Shown here in pieces: positions 30,155-39,215 of a DNA stretch of 64,000 nucleotides. How positions within the stretch are numbered: the first letter of the stretch is position 1; the number at the start of each line of letters is the position of its first letter. The DNA comes from an uncultured Pseudomonadota bacterium. GTDB taxonomy: Bacteria; Pseudomonadota; Alphaproteobacteria; Rs-D84; CACZYB01. The translations under genes and the position numbers were made by a program. Where the stretch lies: NCBI GenBank assembly GCA_963541275.1, contig CAUTSC010000001.1, positions 73,879 to 137,878 of the forward strand. Reading direction: 5' to 3'. The notes under the pieces are model-generated. The model ran no database searches, was not told the origin of the DNA, and saw only the letters and a program-made list of their open reading frames with translations.

Positions 30155-31591
30155 ATGTTAAAAAAAACTTCTAAAATCTTATCTCTTGGTTCTGTTGCAA
30201 TATTAAGTGCATGTAAAAATTATGACCGCGTTCCAGTTGCAATAAATAAACCACAAAATCTAACAACTATAAACAGAACATATGAACCAGAAACAGATAC
30301 AAGACCAAAATACAGTGAAGAGTTTTTAAAATTTCATAACTATATGAATGCCATTCCACAAGATACAAGTAATCTGGATGTAAGAAATTATTTTACAATA
30401 CCTGAAGCTAAAAAAAACAACAATAAAGATGATGGACTTTTAAAAATTGCTGTCATATTGCCATTTAATAATAAAGAAGGCAACAACGTTGCAAAAGATT
30501 TAAAACATGCTTCTTTAATGTCCCTTTTTGATAATAAATCGTCAAACACGATTTTACAATTTTATAACAGCGATGGTACTTATAAAACTGCACAAAAACT
30601 TGGCAATATCGCAGAGCGTGAAGATGCAGATATTATAATAGGTCCATTATTCAAAGAAGAAGTTGACGGACTAAATGGAGTCAATATTCCGGTTATTTCC
30701 TTTACAACTGATTCTTCTGTTTTATCAGACAAGATATTTTCTATTGGCTTTTTAATCGATCAACAACTGCAAAAGTTGGTTGAATTTTCAATAGCAAATA
30801 ACAAGAAAAATTTTGCGGTCATAGTTCCAAATTCAGTTTCCGGTAGATATGTTTATAATAACTTAAAAAAATACATAAATTATTATGATGGCAATATCAT
30901 TGAATATGAAAATTTTGAAAATGGAAACAATAGATCTCTGTTAAATGCAGTTAAAAAAATTTCTGCATTCGATGACAGAGTTGCCGAACTTAACGAAGCC
31001 AAAAACGAACTACAACAAAAATTAAATTCCACAACAGATGAAATTGAAAAACAAACGCTGGAACAAGAATTGGCATCACTTTCAAAAAAAATCACTATAT
31101 CACAACCAAAATATGATAATGTATTTGTTTTTGCAGACGATATAAATGATGTTGTTATGATTGGATCCACTCTTTTATATTATGATGTAAAACCATCACA
31201 AATACAATTTATGGGTACATCACAACTTGCAAACCCAGTTGTTTATAAAGAAAAAGCATTTAATGGAGCTTGGTTTCCATCTATCACAACCAAATATAAC
31301 GCAAAGTTCAATAAAGAATATAAAACCTATTTCAAAACAGAACCATCAAAACTTGCATCCCTTGCCTATGATGCGGTTGCATTATCTGTAAATCTTGGTG
31401 CAAAAAAAGGATACATTGAACCAAGCGATATCACAACACCAAACGGATGGACGGGAATAAACGGAGTATTCAGGTTCAGGGATAATGGCAAAAGTGAAAG
31501 AAATATGGATATAAAACAAATCATAACAGGAAGCAACATTAAAACCAAAATTATTTCACCAGCAAGCAGCAATTTTATAACTCTAAAGTAG
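30155..31591 (+). CDS. Periplasmic-binding-fold lipoprotein, LpoA/LppC-like (candidate penicillin-binding-protein activator).
   Basis: Lipobox ILSLGSVAILSAC. Type-1 periplasmic binding protein-like region (KIAVILPFNNKEGNNVAKDL...). 478 aa. Confidence 0.4.
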   Translation: MLKKTSKILSLGSVAILSACKNYDRVPVAINKPQNLTTINRTYEPETDTRPKYSEEFLKFHNYMNAIPQDTSNLDVRNYFTIPEAKKNNNKDDGLLKIAVILPFNNKEGNNVAKDLKHASLMSLFDNKSSNTILQFYNSDGTYKTAQKLGNIAEREDADIIIGPLFKEEVDGLNGVNIPVISFTTDSSVLSDKIFSIGFLIDQQLQKLVEFSIANNKKNFAVIVPNSVSGRYVYNNLKKYINYYDGNIIEYENFENGNNRSLLNAVKKISAFDDRVAELNEAKNELQQKLNSTTDEIEKQTLEQELASLSKKITISQPKYDNVFVFADDINDVVMIGSTLLYYDVKPSQIQFMGTSQLANPVVYKEKAFNGAWFPSITTKYNAKFNKEYKTYFKTEPSKLASLAYDAVALSVNLGAKKGYIEPSDITTPNGWTGINGVFRFRDNGKSERNMDIKQIITGSNIKTKIISPASSNFITLK

Positions 31592-32114
31592 TTTATAACA
31601 GCAAAAACAACCGGCTTTTTTAGTTGTAAATAGTTTGAAGTGAAAGAATGTTAGATGAGCTTTTTCGTAAAATAAAATACTTGCATATTTTATAGAGTTT
31701 TTTTATTTATATACTTCTCTTATATATATTTTCATGTGAAATAAAAATATTTTATATAATTTTTTCATAAACCCTAGGTATTTTTTGCTTAAGTTTTTTA
31801 CTTTTGTGGCAGATTTTTCTCATTCACAAAAACTTTCTTTTTATAAACATTTTTGATGTTTAATGCTAACAATAATTTTTGAAAGTTTTTGATAAAAATA
31901 ATCACTATTTTTCACTTACAAAGATTTTGAAATAAAAAAATTATATAAGTTTTTTTGTAAAACAAAAATCCAAATATCTATTATGTAAAATATTTCTCAC
32001 TCACAAAATTTTTACCAGAATAAGTTTATAAAATTGGCGTATTGTTCAGTGAATTTTTTTCACATTTATACATTTGTATAAAATATTTTGTTTTTATGAA
32101 ATGAAAATTATTTC

Positions 32115-32190
32115 TGGTGCACTTGAGAGGATTCAAACCTCTGACCTTTGGTTCCGGAAACCACTGCTCTATTCCCTGAGCTACAAGTGC
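32115..32190 (-). tRNA. tRNA-Arg (anticodon CCG).
   Basis: Manual fold: acceptor GCACUUG/CAAGUGC, D-arm GCUC-AGGGAAU-AGAGC, anticodon loop UUCCGGA, T-arm AGAGG-UUUGAAU-CCUCU, CCA encoded. Confidence 0.8.
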
Positions 32191-32293
32191 ATCCCCACAT
32201 TCTATTCCCCTCTTTCCCATAAGTCAAAACAAGTTAGAAAATTTTAAAATAATAAAATTTAAATATTAATACAAAAATTTTTCCGCCAGTACT

Positions 32294-32315
32294 CTATTTG
32301 ATGGATATCAAATAG
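32294..32315. repeat. Hairpin repeat variant (CTATTTGAT-GG-ATATCAAATAG) with an alternative but fully complementary stem.
   Basis: Same flanks (CCAGTACT...GCATCTTATTTTAT) as the other family members. Confidence 0.5.
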
Positions 32316-32412
32316 GCATCTTATTTTATATTAAAAATTTTCATTTTATGTATCGATAAAAATTCTATCCATATAATTTTGTATTATTTTGAATAAACTT
32401 CCTACAGAACTT

Positions 32413-32436
32413 CTATTTTTCTTTAATGAAAAATAG
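32413..32436. repeat. Hairpin repeat (CTATTTTTC-TTTAATG-AAAAATAG) just downstream of MFKYDDV gene 2.
   Basis: Same motif as 5657-5680 and 33753-33776. Confidence 0.6.
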
Positions 32437-32460
32437 TCTATCAGTATATTTTTGAAACAA

Positions 32461-32799
32461 TTATCCATATCCGCACTTTAAGCACAGGTTATACAATACC
32501 ATCTTTTGCAAAAATATAATCAAATTTTCACAAACATTTACATATCTATAAAAATATTTTTGTAAATTTCTTACAAGCAACTTAAATCGCAAAAATTTCT
32601 TTGCTACAGCAAAAATATTTTTATAAAAATCGCTATTTTTAAAAACAACAAAATTGCAACCTTGCTCTGTTTTTAAATAAATATTTTGAAAATTTTTATC
32701 GCAATTGCAATTTACTTGCTTGATATTCCCATAATTTGGATCTCTTGCAAGCGTATTTACCAAAGTTAATGTGCTTATCACATCATCATATTTAAACAT
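32461..32799 (-). CDS. MFKYDDV-family small protein, copy 2 (apparently orphan, with no adjacent secreted-protein genes).
   Basis: AGGAG RBS plus ATG at 32799; MFKYDDVISTLTLVNTLARDPNYGNIKQVNCNCD... Confidence 0.6.
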   Translation of the reverse strand: MFKYDDVISTLTLVNTLARDPNYGNIKQVNCNCDKNFQNIYLKTEQGCNFVVFKNSDFYKNIFAVAKKFLRFKLLVRNLQKYFYRYVNVCENLIIFLQKMVLYNLCLKCGYG

Positions 32800-33115
32800 A
32801 ATTTTTCTCCTTTTTTGTTTGTTAATTTTAATTATTGTCACACCCACGATTCACTACCATCCCAGCTTTGCCAAAATCAAAACCACAATAACAGCAAAAA
32901 TTTTTAAATAATTTTCCTAAAAAATAGGATTTAAAATAAAAATTCACTCCAATATCTTTTTTTTTATAAAGATATTAGCCTGCAAGCTTTGCTTGCATCA
33001 ATAAAAATTCAGCTTATTTTTTGTAAAATTATTACTCTAACGAATGGATTTTGTAGACTCCACCCCTGCCGTATTTTACATATATTTACCCGATTTTTAA
33101 ATTTCAAGAGGTAAA

Positions 33116-33256
33116 GTGAAAAAAATTTTATTTTTTGAGATTTTTTTTGCAAACTTTGTTTGCGGCCAACATTTTTCTTTAGAAAAATATTGGGATGAAA
33201 TCTTTAATAAAATTTATATTACAACAACTACCTCTACCCACATCACAGCAAATTAA
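33116..33256 (+). CDS. Possible small ORF (GTG start, 46 aa), paralogous to 34488..34688. Its coding status is uncertain.
   Basis: Conserved core FANFVCGQHFS(L/K)EKYWDEIFNKI shared with the other copy. It is preceded by the conserved CCACCCCTGCCGTATTTTACATATAT...AATTTCAAGAG element. Confidence 0.2.
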   Translation: MKKILFFEIFFANFVCGQHFSLEKYWDEIFNKIYITTTTSTHITAN

Positions 33257-33752
33257 ACATCTATTCTCTGGAAATTTTGGGTATAGCTTACCCTTTGGTT
33301 AATTATAATATAATCATTATTTTTTAAAAGTCAAGAACAAAATAAAAATTTTTTACATTTTTTTGATAAAAATTTTCAAAATGGCGGATTTCTGCGGTTT
33401 TTTTAAACGTGGAAGAAGAGATAGACATTATATACAGAGGAAGAGTAAATATCTGTGGAAGAAGATTGGAATCTGCAATAAAGATTTATATCTATATAAT
33501 TTTTACTTTGTAAAAATTGGCAAATATATTTATTGATAAATATATTTGAATGATTATTTTTTTATTTAAATTCTGTAAAACAATTAATATAACTAGCATA
33601 GCATTGATAGCGGATTTCTGCGATTTTTTGCGGTATGGTAGTAAAGGGGGAGCCAATATAGAGAAAAACAACAAAAATATTTGATGGATAGTTGTTTAAT
33701 TACACTTCCTTATAAAATGATGATACATTATCTACAATTATCCACCAGGAAT

Positions 33753-33776
33753 CTATTTTTCTTTAATGAAAAATAG
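33753..33776. repeat. Hairpin repeat downstream of MFKYDDV gene 3.
   Basis: CTATTTTTC-TTTAATG-AAAAATAG with CCACCAGGAAT flank and a downstream T-run. Confidence 0.6.
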
Positions 33777-33827
33777 ACTGCCAGTATTTTTTATTAAAAA
33801 TGTTGCCTGCAAAAATTATTGAACTCT

Positions 33828-34166
33828 TCATCCATAATCCAATAATAACTGCAGATTATACAACACCATCTTTTGTAAAAATATTATTAAGTTTTTACAA
33901 ACATTTACATATCTATAAAAATATTTTTGTAAATTTTTTACAAGCAATTTAAACTGCAAGATTTTTTCCGCGTTAAAAACTTTCTTAAAAAAATTCCTAT
34001 TTTTAAAAAAGCACAACTCACAATCTTGCTCTGTTATTAAATAAATATTTTGCAACTTTTCTATATCGCAATTGCAATTTACTTGCTTGATATTTCCATA
34101 ATTTGGATCTCTTGCAAGCGTATTTACCAAAGTTAACGTGCTTATCACATCATCATATTTAAACAT
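33828..34166 (-). CDS. MFKYDDV-family small protein, copy 3.
   Basis: 112 aa; AGGAGAAAAATT RBS; MFKYDDVISTLTLVNTLARDPNYGNIKQVNCNCD...LLVKNLQKYFYRYVNVCKNLIIFLQKMVLYNL. Confidence 0.6.
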   Translation of the reverse strand: MFKYDDVISTLTLVNTLARDPNYGNIKQVNCNCDIEKLQNIYLITEQDCELCFFKNRNFFKKVFNAEKILQFKLLVKNLQKYFYRYVNVCKNLIIFLQKMVLYNLQLLLDYG

Positions 34167-34487
34167 AATTTTTCTCCTTTTTTATTTGTTAATGTTAATA
34201 GATTTTCCACCCACAACTCACCATCACCATAGCTTTGCATAAAAACAAAACCACAATGACAGCAAAAATTTAAAATAATTTTCCCAGTAAATAGGATTTA
34301 AAATAAAAATTCATTCCAATATCTTTTTTATAAAGATATTGGCCTGCAAGCTTTGCTTGCATAACTAAAATTTTATTTAATTGTTTGTAAGATTTTACTG
34401 CAATGGGCAATTTTGATACAACTCACCCCTGCCGTATTTTATATATATGTATTCAATTTTTAAATTTCAAGAGGGCAAACGAAAAAA

Positions 34488-34688
34488 ATGAATTTTTTTA
34501 CTTTTTTCAAAATTTTTTTATTCTCTAGTTTTTTTGCAAACTTCGTTTGCGGCCAACATTTTTCTAAAGAAAAATATTGGGATGAAATCTTTAATAAAAT
34601 TCACATAGCAACAACTATCTATGCCCGCACCATACAAATCAAAAATCTATTCTCTGGACATTTTGGGTATAGTTTACCCTTTGGTTAA
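34488..34688 (+). CDS. Possible small ORF (66 aa) with a hydrophobic N-terminus, lying on the opposite strand between cassette C and MFKYDDV gene 3.
   Basis: ATG preceded by CAAGAGGGCAAACGAAAAAAATG; conserved core with 33116..33256; ends in the palindrome-containing GGGTATAGTTTACCC region. Confidence 0.2.
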   Translation: MNFFTFFKIFLFSSFFANFVCGQHFSKEKYWDEIFNKIHIATTIYARTIQIKNLFSGHFGYSLPFG

Positions 34689-34797
34689 CTATAATATAAT
34701 CACTATTTTTTAAAAATCAAGAACAAAATGAAAATTTTTTGTCTTTTTTTATAAAAATTTTCAAAATGGCGGATTTTCACAAAAATATATCAAAATT

Positions 34798-35472
34798 TTA
34801 ATCATCATTTTTCTTATAAATTTCCAAAGTAGAATATCTAAAAATATTATTTTTATAATACTCATCAATAGGAGTATCATCTATAATATAATCTTGTTTA
34901 TTATTATTATCTCTGTATGTTTCATAGATAAACAAAACAATATTATTTAATTTTAAAATTTTTATTCCGATATTATAGCAGCTGTTAGTTATTATATTCC
35001 TTAGATTTCTATCTTGTATAAAAATAACTCTATCATAATTATAAGATTTAACAAATTTTAAAAATTCTGGAAATTCAAGATTCCAATCACAATCAATATC
35101 AACAAACGAACCTTGAAACAAATATCCATTTTTATCTAAATCTAACTTATTTTCAAAAATATTTAAAATAGTTCCGTTTTGATGTTTTAAGTTTAATTTA
35201 AATCTGTATGTTCCGGGCGATAAAAGACCAGGATAAATAGAAAGGTTGTTTTCATTTCTATTCCCGTCATTTATTATTTTTGTAAAATCAATCGTTGTTA
35301 TATGATTCCATTCTTGCCTTTGTCCTTTCCTTACACCTTTTTCAACATTCTCCCTTATCACATCTCCCCACCAACTTTTCTTTGGAACGCAAGTATAAAA
35401 TTCTTGGGCGTTGACCATAGTTGCAACAAGCATTGCGCTTAATAAAGTTATTTTACTAGTTTTCTTCATCAT
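34798..35472 (-). CDS. Secreted protein, cassette C second gene (variable C-terminal domain homologous to cassette A).
   Basis: MMKKTSKITLLSAMLVATMVNAQEFYTCVPKKSWWGD...; C-terminal ITTIDFTKIINDGN...YNIGIKILKLNNIVLFIYETY...IFRYSTLEIYKK. Confidence 0.7.
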   Translation of the reverse strand: MMKKTSKITLLSAMLVATMVNAQEFYTCVPKKSWWGDVIRENVEKGVRKGQRQEWNHITTIDFTKIINDGNRNENNLSIYPGLLSPGTYRFKLNLKHQNGTILNIFENKLDLDKNGYLFQGSFVDIDCDWNLEFPEFLKFVKSYNYDRVIFIQDRNLRNIITNSCYNIGIKILKLNNIVLFIYETYRDNNNKQDYIIDDTPIDEYYKNNIFRYSTLEIYKKNDD

Positions 35473-35493
35473 AATTTTCTCCTTTCCTTTTTG

Positions 35494-36021
35494 TTATGAT
35501 TGTTTAAACATTTCGTATCCAGCTGGGCAGTTGTTTCTTAAATCAATAAGTTCCATACCATCCGGACATTTTCCATTTGTTATTTTCTTTAACTCGTACC
35601 CATCTGGACATATTCCTTTACTTGGTGCAAACAGATCCATTCCAGTAGGGCAATTTCCACCACTCACTTTTATCCCAGTTGTACCCTCGGGACACACAAC
35701 TTGATTACAACTTTGAAAAGTTGTTTTGTTAAGTATTGTTCCAACAGGGCAAGATTTACATAACCTATCACTTGGCGACCAATAGTTGTTAGCTTTCATG
35801 CCGGTTGTTGCATCAACTCTGTTGCACCTTACTTTGCAACCTGGTTTATCACATATTGGTTCATCCGGTCTCCCACAAACTTCTTTACCACCGGAACTGA
35901 TGCCATACTTGGCAAGTGTCTTGTGTATCAACCTTTTAGTTGCTTCACTTGCCGCAAAAGAACCGGGTTTATAAAGCAACAAGCCGACCAAAAAAGCATA
36001 TTTTATTTTTGTTTTTTTCAT
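35494..36021 (-). CDS. Secreted cysteine-rich CPxG-repeat protein, cassette C.
   Basis: 175 aa, colinear with the other two copies; signal peptide MKKTKIKYAFLVGLLLYKPGSFAA. Confidence 0.7.
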   Translation of the reverse strand: MKKTKIKYAFLVGLLLYKPGSFAASEATKRLIHKTLAKYGISSGGKEVCGRPDEPICDKPGCKVRCNRVDATTGMKANNYWSPSDRLCKSCPVGTILNKTTFQSCNQVVCPEGTTGIKVSGGNCPTGMDLFAPSKGICPDGYELKKITNGKCPDGMELIDLRNNCPAGYEMFKQS

Positions 36022-36245
36022 CTCATCTCCCTTTTTTTATGATAGGAAGTTAGCGACTATGTTAAACAAAATAGCGTATAGTATTCTTAGATCTATTCCT
36101 ATACCTTCCTACCTTTCAGTAGGAATCCACTCCTTTAATTCATGCTCTTACAAGCACATAGTTTAACAAGGGTCGCTAAACCCATTCATTTATTTTCATG
36201 ATAATATCAAAAAGATTTTTATACAAGCGAAAAAAAATTGGAAAA
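36022..36245 (-). promoter_or_regulatory. Conserved structured leader plus promoter-like box, cassette C (the most diverged copy).
   Basis: CTTGTATAAAAA at 36216-36227. CCTACTGAAAGGTAGGAAGGTATAGGAATA...AATACTATACGCTATTTT...GCTAACTTCCTATCA retained despite divergence elsewhere. Confidence 0.5.
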
Positions 36246-36246
36246 T

Positions 36247-36930
36247 TTATCTTATATTTTTGATTGAATTTTCCAACACTTGTTTTTTTGTTGGCGTTTT
36301 GCCACAACAAAATTTTTCCGGACAATACCCCATTGCTTCGCAATTAACAACAAGCATATTATCTGCAATCCAAGCCCATTGTGGCGAATAATTTTTAATA
36401 GTTTCTTTCATTTCTTTTGATAACAATCTTATTTCTTTATACGCTCTTGTACATAACCTTACATTCATAAAATGTTGTAAAGCCCTTAAATTTATTTTTA
36501 AAATTATGGACGTATGCATACCAAGTGGCAAAATATTTGCTGCATCTTCACGACTTACACCACCCTCAATAAGTTTAGAATAGGCATTTGCAATTTCTTT
36601 CATAATATTATTATAAACTTCAAGATTTTCACCTTTTATATCTTTTGATGTATAAAATTTAAAATCATTACAATTTACATATCTGGTTGATTCTTGGAGT
36701 CTTGTTGTTCCAATAATATGAGTATAAAGCTCCCTTATACACCTTGCCGAATATTCACTTATATGCATGGTTAAATCTGGATACTCTTCCACTCTGCCAT
36801 GATTTGACATTATACATTCTTTTGCTCTTTTAATATTGGCTTCTTCATTTATTGGTGAATGCCAACAAATCCCAGCTGCCTCTCCTATATCGCTAAGTGG
36901 AGTTTTTGTACCTTTTATAATTTCAATCAT
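36247..36930 (-). CDS. thyX: Flavin-dependent thymidylate synthase ThyX.
   Basis: LIEGGVSREDAANILPLGMHTSIILKINLRALQHFMNVRL matches the ThyX core ([41 protein letters not shown] of Thermotoga ThyX). Confidence 0.8.
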   Translation of the reverse strand: MIEIIKGTKTPLSDIGEAAGICWHSPINEEANIKRAKECIMSNHGRVEEYPDLTMHISEYSARCIRELYTHIIGTTRLQESTRYVNCNDFKFYTSKDIKGENLEVYNNIMKEIANAYSKLIEGGVSREDAANILPLGMHTSIILKINLRALQHFMNVRLCTRAYKEIRLLSKEMKETIKNYSPQWAWIADNMLVVNCEAMGYCPEKFCCGKTPTKKQVLENSIKNIR

Positions 36931-36938
36931 GTTTCTCC

Positions 36939-37472
36939 TTATACCTTATTTTCCAGTATCTTATAATAGTCTACCGTTTTTTTAAACAAAGTTTCAAGTT
37001 TTTTTGAACCTTGATTAACATCAGGATGATATTGTTTCACAAGCATTTTATATTTATTTTTTAATTCTTCTTTTGTAAATGGATATTTTAAAGAAAAAAA
37101 TTCCATTGCTTGCTGCTCTTCTGTTGTAAAAGCCGGCTCTTTTTTGTGAAATGCAGTAGTTTTTGCGCCCTTGATAAATTTATCATATATTTCAAATGGA
37201 TCTTTTAATTTGCCTGCTTCTTTTAATTCGTCAAGCGATACACCAAATTTCCAAGTTGGATTATGCCAAGTTTCATCTGCTTTGTTTTCTTTGGCAATTT
37301 CTTCTTCACTCATGCCAGCATAATAATTCCATGACTTATTATATTCTGCCACATGTTCCAAACAAAACCAATAATAGCTGTTAAGTTTTCTGTCTTTTGG
37401 TGCGCGAAATTTTCCCTCGCATTCACAATCTGGATGATCACATTTTCTAAAATTTTTTGTTTTTTCCTGCAT
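36939..37472 (-). CDS. J-domain protein with an N-terminal Cys-rich zinc-finger-like region.
   Basis: C-terminal J domain (LKNKYKMLVKQYHPDVNQGS); N-terminal CDHPDCECEGKF...WFCLEH. Confidence 0.65.
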   Translation of the reverse strand: MQEKTKNFRKCDHPDCECEGKFRAPKDRKLNSYYWFCLEHVAEYNKSWNYYAGMSEEEIAKENKADETWHNPTWKFGVSLDELKEAGKLKDPFEIYDKFIKGAKTTAFHKKEPAFTTEEQQAMEFFSLKYPFTKEELKNKYKMLVKQYHPDVNQGSKKLETLFKKTVDYYKILENKV

Positions 37473-37485
37473 AAAAATATTTAAT

Positions 37486-38421
37486 TTATTTTTTAAGAGA
37501 CATTAACATCTGCTTGTCTTTCATTAAAATAATAGACAATTTTTCAATAGCTTTACATTCTATCTGTCTTACACGTTCCTTACTTATACCAAGTTGAGTG
37601 GAAAGTTCATCCAAAGTTTTTGCTGGCTCTACAAGGCGTCTTGCACGTAAAACTTCTTGCTCTCTATCATTTAACTTACCTATCGCATCATTTAAAATTT
37701 TTGTCCTTATATCTTTTATCTCATTATTTACCAAAAATTCTTCTGCTGTTGGTGTATCACTTGCCAACACATCAATTATTTCCGAATTATTATTGTCTGT
37801 ATCATCCGTACTAACATTAAGAGAAGTATCTTTATTAAGTCTGTTATTCATTTCAATAACATCTTCTTTTGAAGTTTGCGATAAATCCGCAATCTTTTCT
37901 GCTTCTTTATCGGTTAAATCAGAATTATGAAAAATACCCAATTTCCTTTTAAGATTATTTAAACTGAAAAATAATTTTCTTTGCGCTGATTTAGTTCCTA
38001 TTTTTACAAGAGACCAAGATGATAACACAAAATCGTTAATAGTTGCCCTTATCCACCACAAGGCATAAGTTGAAAGGCGAAATCCTTTACCAGCTTCAAA
38101 TTTCCTAACCGCTTTCATAAGTCCAATATTTCCCTCGGAAATAATATCAGCAATAGGAAGTCCCAACCACTTATATTCATATGCTGCCGCCACAACCAGA
38201 TATAAATTCGATCTAATTAACTTTTCAGCTGCCTTTAAATCATGATGTTTTTGCACTCTCATGGCAAGTTCATATTCTTCTTCTTGTGTCAAGCGGGGAA
38301 TCTTTTTCACCATCTGTATATAAGAATTTATATCACCATCAACAACACTTGCCGGCAATTTTCCACTGGAAAAATTAACCGACTTGCTAAGTGCATTTTT
38401 TTTTGTATCAACAGAACTCAT
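37486..38421 (-). CDS. rpoH: RNA polymerase sigma-32 (heat-shock sigma factor).
   Basis: Sigma-70 regions 2-4. RpoH box QRKLFFSLNNLKRKL. LVVAAAYEYKWLGLPIADIISEGNIGLMKAVRKF. Confidence 0.9.
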   Translation of the reverse strand: MSSVDTKKNALSKSVNFSSGKLPASVVDGDINSYIQMVKKIPRLTQEEEYELAMRVQKHHDLKAAEKLIRSNLYLVVAAAYEYKWLGLPIADIISEGNIGLMKAVRKFEAGKGFRLSTYALWWIRATINDFVLSSWSLVKIGTKSAQRKLFFSLNNLKRKLGIFHNSDLTDKEAEKIADLSQTSKEDVIEMNNRLNKDTSLNVSTDDTDNNNSEIIDVLASDTPTAEEFLVNNEIKDIRTKILNDAIGKLNDREQEVLRARRLVEPAKTLDELSTQLGISKERVRQIECKAIEKLSIILMKDKQMLMSLKK

Positions 38422-38574
38422 AACATTCTAATTTTTATTTACTTGGAAAAGTTTTATAATAAATAGCATAAGGTGGATTTTTAATATCTTGTTTAAAACC
38501 ACAACTTGATACAATTAAAACAATTCCAAAAAATAAAATACTTTTTTTCATAACAATTTTATAATAGCAAACTA

Positions 38575-39048
38575 TTATATATAATCCACACTTATTATTT
38601 CAAAAGTTTTTTCACCTTTTGGTGTTCTAACTACTATTTCATCACCAACTTTTTTCCCAATCATTGCTCTTGCAATAGGGCTAGTAAATGAAATCTTATT
38701 TTTTTCAAGGTTTGATTCATCTTTTCCAACAATTTGATAAGTTTTTTCTTCTTCCGTTTCTGTATCAACAATTCCAATTGTTGCACCAAACTTTATTGTA
38801 TCACCACTTAGAGTTTTTGGATCTATCACTTCAACAGAACTTATAACACCTTCTAAAAAAGAAATTCTGCCTTCAATAAAACCTTGTTTATCCTTTGCAC
38901 TATGATATTCTGCATTTTCTGATAAATCTCCAAGAGCTCTGGCCTCGGAAATAGCCTGTATAATCGCTGGTCTTTCAACATATTTTAATTGTTTCAATTC
39001 TTCACTTAACTCTTTTAATCCATTTGGAGTAATTGGGTTTGTATTCAT
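38575..39048 (-). CDS. greA: Transcription elongation factor GreA.
   Basis: 157 aa; N-terminal coiled coil plus C-terminal FKBP-like domain (ISFTSPIARAMIGKKVGDEIVVRTPKGE). Confidence 0.9.
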   Translation of the reverse strand: MNTNPITPNGLKELSEELKQLKYVERPAIIQAISEARALGDLSENAEYHSAKDKQGFIEGRISFLEGVISSVEVIDPKTLSGDTIKFGATIGIVDTETEEEKTYQIVGKDESNLEKNKISFTSPIARAMIGKKVGDEIVVRTPKGEKTFEIISVDYI

Positions 39049-39215
39049 AATAAAATCTCCTTATAAATTATAAAAAAATAAAAAACCCCGCAAAGAGCCA
39101 TAACTCTAACAGGATTTTTTCTTTTTTTATTTAAAACTTACACCATCATAACACTATATTTTTTTTTTGCAATTTATTTTTTTTACAATATTATTATAAG
39201 AATAAAGGAAACAAA

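Noticed and set aside
31592-32114. 523-bp gene-free AT-rich region as a possible pseudogene or mobile-element remnant.
   Set aside because: No reading frame longer than ~20 codons in any frame and no recognisable protein remnant; only degenerate copies of the GGCGGATTTC-like spacer motif. Treated as a promoter or spacer region.
32026-32220. 64-aa ORF overlapping tRNA-Arg.
   Set aside because: It reads straight through the tRNA gene (its GIEQWFPEPKVRGLNPLK stretch is the tRNA read as protein).
33360-33480. Possible CRISPR array (GTGGAAGAAGA repeats).
   Set aside because: Only two short (~11 nt) imperfect repeats with no regular spacer length and no cas genes in the window.
39049-39215. AAAAACCCCGCAAAGAGCC...GGATTTTTT between greA and fpr as a terminator.
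   Set aside because: The stem is imperfect and both flanking genes diverge from this region (it holds their promoters), so a terminator role is unsupported.
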